Assembly: GCA_964611355.1 (NCBI GenBank) | Contig: CAZSYD010000020.1 | Coordinates: 1-38,785, forward strand | Source of the DNA: an uncultured Ignavibacteriales bacterium | GTDB lineage: Bacteria; Zixibacteria; MSB-5A5; GN15; JAAZOE01 | Direction: 5' to 3' | Length of the DNA stretch: 38,785 nucleotides | Shown here: piece by piece, positions 19,298 to 28,953 of the stretch | How the letters are laid out: each line of letters opens with the position of its first letter | How positions within the stretch are numbered: position 1 is the stretch's first letter | Notes under the pieces: model-generated | Told to the model about the DNA's origin: nothing | The model's input: the letters and a program-made list of their open reading frames with translations, nothing else | Databases searched by the model: none | Position numbers and translations under genes: made by a program

Positions 19298-19586
19298 TGT
19301 CAGGCGGCAACAGTCCGGTTTTTTTAGATTGTAACCGATTGAAATTTAATGAATTATAACTATAGCTCAACGGTGCCATATCTGCCTGCAGTATTTGGAA
19401 AATAAAGTATGGGAATAGATCGATAGTCTGTCGATGACCGGCAAAACAATATCTAGGCGAAAGCCGGAAAATATGTTGAATTTTTATTTGTATTGTCTTT
19501 GAGAAGGATAGATAGTTCGCAAATATTATTTTCTCTTATTTATTGAATGATATTAAATTACAGTGTTGTTTTTTTCTTTTTTTTTC

Positions 19587-19616
19587 TTGACAATAACCAT
19601 AACCAAGACGATTATT
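19587..19616 (+). promoter_or_regulatory. Putative dcw (mraZ) promoter
   Basis: Perfect TTGACA at 19587-19592 after a T-rich UP-like tract; the -10 is weak (GATTAT or ATTATT); MraZ boxes follow directly. Confidence 0.5.
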
Positions 19617-19620
19617 GGCT

Positions 19621-19650
19621 TAAGTGGGATAAAGTGGGAAATTTTGGGAC
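19621..19650 (+). promoter_or_regulatory. MraZ binding repeats
   Basis: TGGGA three times at exact 10-bp period (19625, 19635, 19645), immediately upstream of mraZ; this is the known MraZ operator layout. Confidence 0.85.
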
Positions 19651-19662
19651 AAGAGGTATTGT

Positions 19663-20139
19663 TTGTTAGGATTTTGCGGCACCTTTAGTTGTGTTCTTGA
19701 TGATAAAGGCAGGTTTTCCATTCCGGCCAAAATTCGACCGGGTGATGTGGACGTATCCAAACGGAAAGGAATCCCGCCCGGGGAGGTTATGGTTTTGACC
19801 GAAGGGTTGGACGGTTGTCTTTCCCTTTATACGGAAGAGGAATGGGCAAAAATCCAGGAACGCCTTAATACCCTGTCGTTTACCCAGAAGAATTTCCGTT
19901 ATTTTAATCGTCGTCTTCACCAGAATACCTGCCGCGTACGAATTGACAGATCGGGCCGGATTAGAATACCTGAAGTCCTGCAGAAAATGGCCGGATTGCG
20001 GAAGGATGTATTGGTGATCGGTGTTAACCAGACGATAGAAATTTGGGATCCGGCTCGATACCAGACTTACCTGGATAATTTTGGCCGGACTTATGAAGAG
20101 GTGGCCGAGAGGCTTTTCCGGGATGGCGGCGAGCAATAG
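19663..20139 (+). CDS. mraZ: Division/cell wall cluster transcriptional repressor MraZ
   Basis: Two DxxGR motifs (LDDKGRFSIP, IDRSGRIRIP), GLDGCL.LY...W and IEIWD. TTG start with SD AGAGG. Confidence 0.95.
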   Translation: MLGFCGTFSCVLDDKGRFSIPAKIRPGDVDVSKRKGIPPGEVMVLTEGLDGCLSLYTEEEWAKIQERLNTLSFTQKNFRYFNRRLHQNTCRVRIDRSGRIRIPEVLQKMAGLRKDVLVIGVNQTIEIWDPARYQTYLDNFGRTYEEVAERLFRDGGEQ

Positions 20140-21055
20140 CTTTCATCGGCCGGTGCTGGTCGAGGAAGCGGTCGAGTATTTGGTAACCTGTCGCGATGGT
20201 ATTTATATCGATGCTTGCTCCGGCGGCGGAGGTCATTCGCACCGGATAGTTTCCCGGCTGGAAGCTCCGGGCAGACTTCTCGCCGTTGATCGTGACCGGG
20301 AGGCGGTTGCGAAAACAAAGGATAGGTTAAGGGAATTTGCTCCGAAAGTACAAGTTGTTCGCGGGGAGTTCGGCAGATTGAAAGAACTGGCCAACGAAGC
20401 AGGGATTAGCTCGGTGAATGGAGTGCTGTTCGATCTGGGGGTATCAGGTTATCAGATTGACTGTGCCCGCCGCGGATTTTCTTATCAGAAAGAAGGGCCG
20501 CTTGATCTGCGAATGGATCAGGATGCCCGGTTGACGGCGGGTGAGATTATAAATCGGTATCCGGTTGATCGGTTGGTAAAAATCCTGTTCGAATTCGGCG
20601 GGGAGAAAAATGCGAAAAAGATCGTTTCGGCGATCAAGACCGCCCGCAGAAAAAAGGAACTGACCACAACCACCGAACTGGCCGATGTGGTCAGGGCCGT
20701 CACTAATCCCCGTTATTTCAATAAAACTTTGTCCCGCGTTTTCCAGGCGATACGGATTGAAGTCAACGATGAATTGAACCAGTTGAAGCATGGATTGGCG
20801 TCGGCTTTTGATCTGCTTTGTTCCGGCGGGAGGCTGGTTGTAATCGCATACCATTCGGTTGAAGATCGACTGGTTAAGACATATATCCGCGAACTGGCTG
20901 GAAAGTCGGTTGGCGGGGAGCCTTCGAATATGAATGCGCCCCCGGTTCCCGCCGTTCGCATGATTACCAAGAAGCCGATCACTCCGACGGATCGTGAGAT
21001 TGGCGAAAACCCGCGGGCTCGATCGGCCCGGATGAGGGTTGCGGAGAAACTTTAA
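20123..21055 (+). CDS. rsmH: 16S rRNA m4C1402 methyltransferase
   Basis: HRPVL, GGGGHS, DLGVS, RGFS...GPLDLRMD, FQAIRIEVNDEL, YHSVEDR and NPRARSARMR. Confidence 0.96.
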   Translation: MAASNSFHRPVLVEEAVEYLVTCRDGIYIDACSGGGGHSHRIVSRLEAPGRLLAVDRDREAVAKTKDRLREFAPKVQVVRGEFGRLKELANEAGISSVNGVLFDLGVSGYQIDCARRGFSYQKEGPLDLRMDQDARLTAGEIINRYPVDRLVKILFEFGGEKNAKKIVSAIKTARRKKELTTTTELADVVRAVTNPRYFNKTLSRVFQAIRIEVNDELNQLKHGLASAFDLLCSGGRLVVIAYHSVEDRLVKTYIRELAGKSVGGEPSNMNAPPVPAVRMITKKPITPTDREIGENPRARSARMRVAEKL

Positions 21056-21056
21056 C

Positions 21057-21503
21057 ATGCCAGGCACCGGAAGCTATATACATTGGCCGCGGTCAAAACC
21101 TAATGGGTTTCTCGGGAACCGGTATCTGCGCCTGGTCTTGTTGATGATGATCATAATACTGGTGGCTTCGTTCTATGTCTATCAGCGCGTATGGGTGAGG
21201 AATCTGGTGACCGAGATTGAAGAACTGGAAGAGCAAAACGAAACGGCGGAGCACCATCTGAGTAATCTCAAAGTCGAGTGGGCGGCGGCTTCCTCGATTG
21301 CCGGCATTGAAGAGAGTATTGAATCGATGCGGCTTGGCCTGAAACCGACCAGACCATCGCAAAACCTGGTAGTGCAGCCCCCGGCCGATATGGGCGGGGG
21401 GCGTTATGCCGGTATGTTGAAAGCGCTGGAGAAATTGAAAGGCAGTATTCCGATAGTGGCTCCCAGCGAGGCTGAAGCGCAGAGGCTTTTTAGGGCTGAA
21501 TGA
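21057..21503 (+). CDS. ftsL: Cell division protein FtsL-like
   Basis: Lies between rsmH and ftsI; short cytoplasmic N-terminus, one TM helix, then a heptad coiled coil (LVTEIEELEEQNETAEHHLSNLKVE). Confidence 0.65.
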   Translation: MPGTGSYIHWPRSKPNGFLGNRYLRLVLLMMIIILVASFYVYQRVWVRNLVTEIEELEEQNETAEHHLSNLKVEWAAASSIAGIEESIESMRLGLKPTRPSQNLVVQPPADMGGGRYAGMLKALEKLKGSIPIVAPSEAEAQRLFRAE

Positions 21504-23602
21504 AGAAACATTACTCAAAAGTCAGAATCGGGGTGGTTTTCATCCTTTTGGGGATGATTTTTGCGCTTTTTCTGGCCCGGCTGACCATGGTGCAGATTGT
21601 CAGGGGAGAAGAACTGCGTCAAAGGGCGAAGCGGCAATACCAGGAGACCATCGAGATTCCGGCCGCGCGGGGCGGGATATTTGATGTCAAGGGAAACAAG
21701 GTGGCCGGCAATACCTGCTTTAAGTCCCTTTTTGCCTATCCGCTCACAAAGCAGGAAATCACATCGGCGTATCGTCATCTGGCTCGGACCTTCGGGGAAA
21801 GCCGGAGTGAACTAAAACGCAAATACAGGCTGTCTCCAAAAAAGTTTTGCTGGATTAAGCGGAGACTTTCCCCGGAAGAGATGGCGCGGTTTGAAAATCC
21901 GGATCAGCCGTGTGGCTTGTACCTTCGTGAAGAACCGACCCGGTGCTATCCCTATGGAACCATCGGCCGGGGTATCCTTGGATTTGTCGATCTGGATGAC
22001 TGTGGCAAAGCCGGGGTGGAACTGGTTATGGATGAATATCTGAGCGGTTCCAATGGGCGCTCGATAATCCAGAAAGACGGCAAGGGTTGGCAGTATCCGA
22101 TTCATGAGGTTCCGATCAGGGAAGCGGTCGCCGGCCGGTCGGTAGTGTTGACGGTTGACTGGAATAAGCAGCAGATCGTTGAAGAAGAACTGCAGCGGGC
22201 GGTGGAAAAATATAATGCCAAAGGCGGTTCGGCTGTTTTTCTCGACCCATATACCGGAGCGGTAATTGCCGCCGCCGATTTCTTTCCCGGCCGGAACCCG
22301 GCGGATAAGCCGATGAAGCTTGAGGCAGTGGGTGCTGTCTTTGAGCCGGGGTCGATATTCAAGCTGATTACCGCCGCGGCGGCTCTTGAAGATGGAAAGA
22401 TTCAACCGAGCGATACCTTTTTCGCCGAAGAAGGGCGCTGGAAACTGGGCCGGAATTCCCTGCGCGACGATCACAAGCACGGCTGGCTGACTTTCCGCCA
22501 GGGATTCGAGTGCTCCTCCAATATTCTTATGGGTAAAGTCGCCAACCGGACAGGCGGTGATAAAGTCCTGGCTATGGCTAAAAAATTCGGTTTCGGCCGT
22601 AAAACCGGGTGTGGCCTTAACGGCGAAAGCGGAGGAGTCGTACGACGTCCGGGGCACTGGTCCAAATTTACTACTTCCACTTTCGCCATCGGCCACGGCC
22701 TTTCGGTTACGGCTATTCAAATGGCTCAGGCTTTCGCGGTGATTGCGTCAGGCGGATATTTATCTCAACCATATATTGTCAAAGCGTGTATAAACGATGA
22801 GGGAAAGGTGGTTGAACGCCATCACTCCCGACCGATTAAAATACTTGACGATAAAGTCGTCTCTATCCTCAATAGTTTTTTGCGTGGCGTAGTTGAGAAC
22901 GGTACCGGTCAACCTATAGTGAACGCGCCCTTCCTCATCCCGGGGAAAACCGGGACCGCCGAAAAACCGAATTTGGAAACCGGTGGCTATCACAAGAATC
23001 GCTTTGTGGCATCGTTCGCCGGATATTTTCCCGCTGATTCCCCGCTGGTCGCCGGCATTGTCGTTCTTGATGAACCCGGGCCGATCCATTACGGCGGCTA
23101 TACCGCCGGTCCAGCGTTTGAAAATATAGCTATCAAGTTTGGAGCCATAGACAATTACAAGTTGATACCTCCTGTCGGCCCGGTAGCCGAACGGGAAAAA
23201 ATCGCCAAAGCCCCGAACGGAAAACCGGTAAACATAATACTGCCCGATCTGCGCGGGATGTCTCCGGGCAAAGCGAATTATGAACTGAAAAGACTGGGCT
23301 TGAGGTCGGTCTTTTCGGGCACGGGAAGCAGCGTGCTTGCAACGTTTCCGTCGGCGTTTTCGCATCTTCAGCCCGGTGGTCAGGTGCGATGCGTAATGGG
23401 CAAAAGATCGGAAGACGATTTTCGTATGCCGGATCTGAAAGGATTAACCCTGCGCGAGGCGGTGAGTGTTCTTGATTATTACGGATTGCCTTTCACCTGT
23501 CGCGGTCAGGGAAGGGTAGAGAATCAAAAGCCGAAACCGGGAACTATCATTACAGGAGGCGCGCCCGTAAGGTTGGCGCTGACGCGAAACGCGGGAGTAT
23601 GA
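21500..23602 (+). CDS. ftsI: Class B penicillin-binding protein (PBP3) with C-terminal PASTA domains
   Basis: RG.IFD dimerisation motif, EPGSIFK (SxxK), SSN (SxN), GKTGTA; two PASTA-like repeats (LPDLRGMS, MPDLKGLTLREA). Confidence 0.93.
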   Translation: MKKHYSKVRIGVVFILLGMIFALFLARLTMVQIVRGEELRQRAKRQYQETIEIPAARGGIFDVKGNKVAGNTCFKSLFAYPLTKQEITSAYRHLARTFGESRSELKRKYRLSPKKFCWIKRRLSPEEMARFENPDQPCGLYLREEPTRCYPYGTIGRGILGFVDLDDCGKAGVELVMDEYLSGSNGRSIIQKDGKGWQYPIHEVPIREAVAGRSVVLTVDWNKQQIVEEELQRAVEKYNAKGGSAVFLDPYTGAVIAAADFFPGRNPADKPMKLEAVGAVFEPGSIFKLITAAAALEDGKIQPSDTFFAEEGRWKLGRNSLRDDHKHGWLTFRQGFECSSNILMGKVANRTGGDKVLAMAKKFGFGRKTGCGLNGESGGVVRRPGHWSKFTTSTFAIGHGLSVTAIQMAQAFAVIASGGYLSQPYIVKACINDEGKVVERHHSRPIKILDDKVVSILNSFLRGVVENGTGQPIVNAPFLIPGKTGTAEKPNLETGGYHKNRFVASFAGYFPADSPLVAGIVVLDEPGPIHYGGYTAGPAFENIAIKFGAIDNYKLIPPVGPVAEREKIAKAPNGKPVNIILPDLRGMSPGKANYELKRLGLRSVFSGTGSSVLATFPSAFSHLQPGGQVRCVMGKRSEDDFRMPDLKGLTLREAVSVLDYYGLPFTCRGQGRVENQKPKPGTIITGGAPVRLALTRNAGV

Positions 23603-25068
23603 CCATTTTACTGAAAGAAATGGCAGAAATCGTACCGGGAGCCGTCCTTATCGGCAATGGAGAGGTCGATGTCGCCGGGATCGAATATCACTCCAAGTTG
23701 ATCAAACCCGGCTCGGCCTTCGTGGCCATTTCCGGCTTCGTGAGAGACGGCAACGATTTTGCCGACGAAGCGATCAAAAGCGGCGCCATAGCGGTGGTGA
23801 CCGAGAAGGAAGCGGAGCGCTCAGTGCCACAGATGATTGTTTCCGATGCTCGCGCCGCCCTGGCCGACCTGGCCGCCGCGTTTTATGCCCATCCCGACAG
23901 AAAAATCAAGGTATGCGGCGTGACCGGCACCAACGGCAAGACCACCTCCTGTTTTCTGATTAAAAGAATTCTCGAAGCCCGCGGCAAAAAGGTCGGGCTG
24001 ATCAATTCGCTCGTTTATGATACGGGCCGTCAGAAAATCGCAGCTTCGCGCACGACGCCGGAATCGCTGGATATTTTCCGTCTCCTTCATAGCATGAAGA
24101 AAAATCTTTGCGTTAATGCGGTCATTGAAATTTCCTCTCATGCGCTGGCGTTGCATCGCGTCAAAAATATAGACATTAACGTCGCCCTGTTTACCAATTT
24201 AACCCGGGATCATCTCGATTTTCATCGGAACATTGATGATTACCTTGCCGTCAAGGCCACACTGCTGGAGACGGTCCGCGGAGAAGACAAGTGGGCGATC
24301 ATCAATTATGACAGCCTTGAATTTCGGGGTCTCATAGAGCGTGTGCTCGGATCCTATATGACTTATTCACTCGGGGATCGGAATGCCGATGTTTACCTGC
24401 AAGATTATCAAATGGCGCCGGATGGCTCCCGGTTCGAAATCCACACGCCGATGGGCAATCGCAAGGTGAATTTCAGACTGCCGGGAAGATTTAATCTTTA
24501 CAATGCTCTGGCGGCGACGGCGGCGGCTATGGCCTCCGGGGCCGACATCGATACGGTTGTGCGCGGCCTTGAAGATGCGGCCGTGGTCCCGGGCCGTCTG
24601 GAACGGGTTGACAGGGGCGCGCCGTTTTCCGTTTTCATCGATTACGCCCATACTCCCGATGCGCTCAGGCGGACTATCGAAACCCTGCGTGAGATGGGCA
24701 AAGGCCGCGTGTTGACGCTGTTCGGGTGTGGCGGCGATCGCGACCATGGCAAACGGCCTCTTATGGGTGAGGCGGTTACTTCCATATCCGACTATGCCGT
24801 GCTGACTTCGGATAACTCGCGCTCCGAAAAGCCGCAGCAGATTTTTGAGGATGTTAAGCCCGGTTTTGCTCCGGGTGCAAAGATCGACATAATCGAAGAT
24901 CGCCGCGAAGCGATTGCCCATATCCTGAAAGAAGCGCACGACAATGATGTAATTCTACTGGCCGGCAAGGGGGATGAGAATTACCAGGAGATCGGCGGCG
25001 TCAAATATCCCTGGTCAGACCGCGACGTTGCCAAAGAGGAATTGCATAAACTTGGGTTTGGTGCATAG
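23599..25068 (+). CDS. murE: UDP-MurNAc-L-Ala-D-Glu:meso-DAP ligase
   Basis: GVTGTNGKTT, TTPE, EISSHAL, TNLTRDHLDFH, DYAHTPDAL, FGCGGDRD.GKRP.MG and DNSR. Confidence 0.96.
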   Translation: MTILLKEMAEIVPGAVLIGNGEVDVAGIEYHSKLIKPGSAFVAISGFVRDGNDFADEAIKSGAIAVVTEKEAERSVPQMIVSDARAALADLAAAFYAHPDRKIKVCGVTGTNGKTTSCFLIKRILEARGKKVGLINSLVYDTGRQKIAASRTTPESLDIFRLLHSMKKNLCVNAVIEISSHALALHRVKNIDINVALFTNLTRDHLDFHRNIDDYLAVKATLLETVRGEDKWAIINYDSLEFRGLIERVLGSYMTYSLGDRNADVYLQDYQMAPDGSRFEIHTPMGNRKVNFRLPGRFNLYNALAATAAAMASGADIDTVVRGLEDAAVVPGRLERVDRGAPFSVFIDYAHTPDALRRTIETLREMGKGRVLTLFGCGGDRDHGKRPLMGEAVTSISDYAVLTSDNSRSEKPQQIFEDVKPGFAPGAKIDIIEDRREAIAHILKEAHDNDVILLAGKGDENYQEIGGVKYPWSDRDVAKEELHKLGFGA

Positions 25069-26463
25069 GTGAAGTATCTGAATCCTGAGATCCTGCAAAA
25101 GGTACTGGAATCGGATATAGCGGCCGGTTCCGACGCAGCCGTGCCACAATTCACCGGTTTGTCAATCGACAGCAGGAAAATCAAACCGGGGGATATCTTT
25201 TTTGCCATCAAGGGCGAGAAACACGACGGCCACGATTTTGTCGTCGGCGCCTTCAAACGCGGCGCGGCGGCGGCGGTGGTCAACCGTGTCAAAATGGATG
25301 TTTTTGCCGAAAAAAAGCCGGGGTTGATATTGGCCGTCGAAGATACTCATGAAGCCCTCCTCAATCTTGCCGGGTATATTCGCCGCCGATCGGACGCCCG
25401 CTTTGCGGCCATAACAGGGTCAAACGGCAAAACGACCACCAAAGAAATGTTTTATTCCATCGTCAAGTGCAGGCACTCTGTCTATCGGTCGCCCGGAAAC
25501 CTGAACAATCTTTTTGGCCTGCCGATTTCGCTGGGGAAGATGCCGGAGGTTGATTACGCCATTTTTGAACTCGGCATTTCGGTACCTGGTGAGATGTTGC
25601 GGCTGGCTTCAATCATCAAACCGGAACTGGCCCTTATAACCAACATCGGCCCGACCCACCTGGAAACCCTGAAGACGATGGACAACGTGGTCAAGGCCAA
25701 ATTCGAACTTATCGACCGTTTGCCGGTCGGCGCGGTGGTAGTGCTTAACGCCGACGATCAACTGCTGGTTGCCGAAGCCGGGCGAAGAAATCTCGATTAT
25801 ATCGGCTTTGGGATAAAAAGCGAATGCCGGTTCAAAGCCCGACACATCCGCACGGACAAAAGGAAGCAACTTTCTTTTGAAGTCTGCGGGCAAAAAATAG
25901 CCATGCCGCTTTTTGGCCGGGTTAATGTTTACAACGCTCTGGGGGCGATTGCGGCGTCGTCCGTTTGGGGATGCGAACCCGAAGAGTGGGCAACCGGGTT
26001 GTCGGAATGCCGGCCGATGGAAATGCGCCTGGCGCTTGAAGATTATGAAGGGCTGACGTTCCTGGTGGACTGCTATAACGCCAACCCCGAATCGATAAAA
26101 GCGGCTCTGGAGATACTCGGAGAGTTTGAAACCGAGGGCAGGAAGATTGCCGTCCTCGGTGATATGCTTGAATTGGGGCAGGCCTCGAAAAAGATGCATT
26201 TCGATGTGGGCCGGCGGGTCGCCGAGGCGGGCATCGATTTTCTTTTCTGTCTCGGCCGGGAGTCGGTTGAAACAGCAGCGGGGGCGCTGTCGGCCGGCAC
26301 GAAAAAGGAGAACGTGTTTCATTATCTCACGCATCAGGATCTTATGGATGGCCTTTTGGGAATTATCGCCAGAGGAGATATGATCCTGCTTAAAGGATCG
26401 CGCGGAATGGAGTTGGAGAAAATCGTAATCGGGCTGAAGGGATCGGCCTTCAAGAGCAACTGA
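25069..26463 (+). CDS. murF: UDP-MurNAc-tripeptide:D-Ala-D-Ala ligase
   Basis: IDSR, DGHDF, ITGSNGKTTTKE, GNLNN..GLP, D.YNANP.S, LGDMLELG and KGSRGM.LE. Confidence 0.96.
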   Translation: MKYLNPEILQKVLESDIAAGSDAAVPQFTGLSIDSRKIKPGDIFFAIKGEKHDGHDFVVGAFKRGAAAAVVNRVKMDVFAEKKPGLILAVEDTHEALLNLAGYIRRRSDARFAAITGSNGKTTTKEMFYSIVKCRHSVYRSPGNLNNLFGLPISLGKMPEVDYAIFELGISVPGEMLRLASIIKPELALITNIGPTHLETLKTMDNVVKAKFELIDRLPVGAVVVLNADDQLLVAEAGRRNLDYIGFGIKSECRFKARHIRTDKRKQLSFEVCGQKIAMPLFGRVNVYNALGAIAASSVWGCEPEEWATGLSECRPMEMRLALEDYEGLTFLVDCYNANPESIKAALEILGEFETEGRKIAVLGDMLELGQASKKMHFDVGRRVAEAGIDFLFCLGRESVETAAGALSAGTKKENVFHYLTHQDLMDGLLGIIARGDMILLKGSRGMELEKIVIGLKGSAFKSN

Positions 26464-26464
26464 T

Positions 26465-27550
26465 ATGCTGTATTATCTGTTCCTGGAGTTGACCCGGTAT
26501 ATTTCCGGGCTTAATCTGTTCCGGTATATCACCACGCGGGCTACCGCCGCCGCCGTGACGGCCCTTTTTATAGCTGTTGTTTTCGGTCCTTTTTTCCTGC
26601 GCCTGTTGCACCGCTATAAGGTCAAGGAAAAGATACGAGAAGAAGGTCCGGCCAGCCATAAAGTCAAAGAAGGCACCCCGACCATGGGCGGCGTCATGAT
26701 CCTGTTTGCCACGTTGGTCCCGACCTTGCTCTGGGCCGATCTGGGCAACCGTTTCATCCAGTTGATTCTTTTGGTTACCGTCTGGATGGGAGCCATCGGC
26801 TTCATGGATGATTATCTCAAGGCCAAAAAGCATCAGTCACACGGGCTGGTGGGGCGGAAAAAGCTGGCGGGACAGATAATGTGCGGACTTCTGCTTGGAA
26901 TCCTGCTTTATTATTTCCCGCCGACGGGGGTTTTCTCCAGCGACACCGATATCCCGTTTTTCAAGAATTATATCCTTAAGCTGGGAATTTTGTATATCCC
27001 GTTTATCATTGTCGTCATAACAGGATCCTCCAACGCGGTTAACCTGACCGACGGCCTGGACGGTCTGGCCATCGGTCTCTGCGCTTTCTGCTTTATCGCT
27101 TTTGCGGGGTTGACCTATGTTTCCGGCCGGGCCGACTTCGCAGGATACCTGGCTATTGATTATACCCCCGGGTCGGGCGAGCTGGCCGTGTATTGCGCCG
27201 CGGTAATCGGGGCGTCGATGGGCTTTCTTTGGTTTAATGCTCCTCCGGCGCAGGTTTTTATGGGTGATACGGGGGCCCTGTTTCTCGGCGGGGCGCTGGG
27301 GGCCATCGCCATCCTGATTAAGAAAGAACTGCTTCTGGTGATCGTCGGCGGGGTGTTCGTGGTTGAGGCTTTGTCGGTCATCCTGCAGGTGCTTTCCTGG
27401 CGTCTGCGCTCGAAGCGGATTTTCAAGATGGCCCCCCTGCACCATCATTTTGAACTGGCCGGATGGGCCGAGTCAAAGATCGTGGTGCGTTTCTGGATAA
27501 TCGGCGCGTTGTTCGCTCTTCTTACCCTGAGTACGTTGAAGATACGATGA
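26465..27550 (+). CDS. mraY: Phospho-N-acetylmuramoyl-pentapeptide transferase
   Basis: K.GTPTMGG, GF.DDY.K, SNAVNLTDGLDGLA, VFMGDTG and MAPLHHHFE. Confidence 0.98.
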   Translation: MLYYLFLELTRYISGLNLFRYITTRATAAAVTALFIAVVFGPFFLRLLHRYKVKEKIREEGPASHKVKEGTPTMGGVMILFATLVPTLLWADLGNRFIQLILLVTVWMGAIGFMDDYLKAKKHQSHGLVGRKKLAGQIMCGLLLGILLYYFPPTGVFSSDTDIPFFKNYILKLGILYIPFIIVVITGSSNAVNLTDGLDGLAIGLCAFCFIAFAGLTYVSGRADFAGYLAIDYTPGSGELAVYCAAVIGASMGFLWFNAPPAQVFMGDTGALFLGGALGAIAILIKKELLLVIVGGVFVVEALSVILQVLSWRLRSKRIFKMAPLHHHFELAGWAESKIVVRFWIIGALFALLTLSTLKIR

Positions 27551-28953
27551 ATCGGATTGATCGTTTAAGCGGCAGAAGGGTCGGCATCATCGGCATGGCC
27601 CGATCGGGCATCGCCGCGGCGGAGCTTGTCCGTCAACTGAACGGCGTCCCGTTCGTATCGGATATTCAGCCACGGGAAAAACTTGAGGAAGGCATCGCTC
27701 GTCTTGAAAAGAATAATATCGTCTTCGAATGCGGCGGCCATTCCAATAAACTGCTCGAATCGGACTACCTGGTTATTTCGCCCGGCGTACCCTCTTCATT
27801 GGGGGTTATTCGGAAAGCCTCCGATGCCGGAATTCCGATTTTTTCCGAGATAGAACTGGCCTACTGGGTTTGCCGCGGCCTGGTGCTTGCGGTAACCGGC
27901 TCGAACGGCAAAACTACCACGACCGCCTTGCTGGGCGAAATATGCAAAGCGTCGGGTCGTTCCACGGTGGTCGCCGGGAATATTGGAATGCCGTTTGCGG
28001 CGGTGGCCCGGCAGGTACCCGAGGACGGTCTGGCGGTTCTGGAAGTATCATCATTCCAGTTGGAACGGATAGAGCAGTTTGCTCCGCAGGTTGGCCTGCT
28101 TCTGAATCTCACCCCCGACCATCTGGATCGCTACGATTCTTTCGAAACCTATTGCGACGCCAAATGCCGTTTGTTCGAAAATCAAACCGCCGATCAGTAT
28201 GCTATACTCAATGCCGACGACCCGGTCATAACCGGGCGATCATTCCCGTATCAAAGCCGCCGGCTTTTCTTTTCCATCGATGAAAACAAATATCCCGACC
28301 AACCGCCGGAAGGTGTCCTTCGGAGGGGAGGGACACTTCTTGGGCGGTTGGCCGGGCGAGAAATGGAAATCGTTCCCGTCAACCGGATCGGTATTCCCGG
28401 AGCGCATAATCTGGCCAACGGGGCGGCGGCGGCGGCGGCCGCCATTGCTGTCGGCATATCGCCGAATATCATCGCCTCGGTGCTGGAGCGGTTCAAAGGA
28501 GTAGAACATCGCTTAGAGGAAGTAGTCTTTATTGGCGGCGTTTGTTTTATCAACGATTCCAAGGGAACCAACATCGACGCCGTTATTATGGCTCTCAGGT
28601 CGATATCGGGTCGAATAAATCTTATTGCGGGGGGCAGAGACAAGGGGGGAGATTTTACGCGCCTTCTGCCGTCGGCGCAGGGGAAAGTGGAAAACCTGAT
28701 CCTTTTGGGCGAAGCAAGGGATAAAATTTTCGAACAGCTGGGATGCCATATACCCGTGGTCATGGCCGACTCGATGAGTGATGCCGTACAGAAGGCTTTT
28801 AATCTTTCGCATCCGGGTGATACGGTGCTTCTCTCGCCGGGATGCGCCAGCTTTGACATGTATCGCAACTTTGAGGAGCGGGGAAAAGATTTTAAGAATA
28901 TAGTTTACCGGCTTAAGAACGGTAAAGGGAGCGGGGCCGCAGTTGAAGCGTAG
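27547..28953 (+). CDS. murD: UDP-MurNAc-L-Ala:D-Glu ligase
   Basis: GMARSG, VISPGVP, VTGSNGKTTTT, EVSSFQLE, DHLDRY, INDSKGTN and LSPGCASFD. ATG 27547 overlaps the mraY stop. Confidence 0.96.
   Translation: MNRIDRLSGRRVGIIGMARSGIAAAELVRQLNGVPFVSDIQPREKLEEGIARLEKNNIVFECGGHSNKLLESDYLVISPGVPSSLGVIRKASDAGIPIFSEIELAYWVCRGLVLAVTGSNGKTTTTALLGEICKASGRSTVVAGNIGMPFAAVARQVPEDGLAVLEVSSFQLERIEQFAPQVGLLLNLTPDHLDRYDSFETYCDAKCRLFENQTADQYAILNADDPVITGRSFPYQSRRLFFSIDENKYPDQPPEGVLRRGGTLLGRLAGREMEIVPVNRIGIPGAHNLANGAAAAAAAIAVGISPNIIASVLERFKGVEHRLEEVVFIGGVCFINDSKGTNIDAVIMALRSISGRINLIAGGRDKGGDFTRLLPSAQGKVENLILLGEARDKIFEQLGCHIPVVMADSMSDAVQKAFNLSHPGDTVLLSPGCASFDMYRNFEERGKDFKNIVYRLKNGKGSGAAVEA

Noticed and set aside
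19363..19378. Second sigma54-like TGGCAC on the minus strand
   Set aside because: The GC falls at GG-N9-GC, and RpoN spacing is strict.
19569..19585. Poly-T tracts (T7-C-T9) as a phase-variation site
   Set aside because: They lie upstream of the -35 rather than in the spacer or a CDS; better explained as an UP element.
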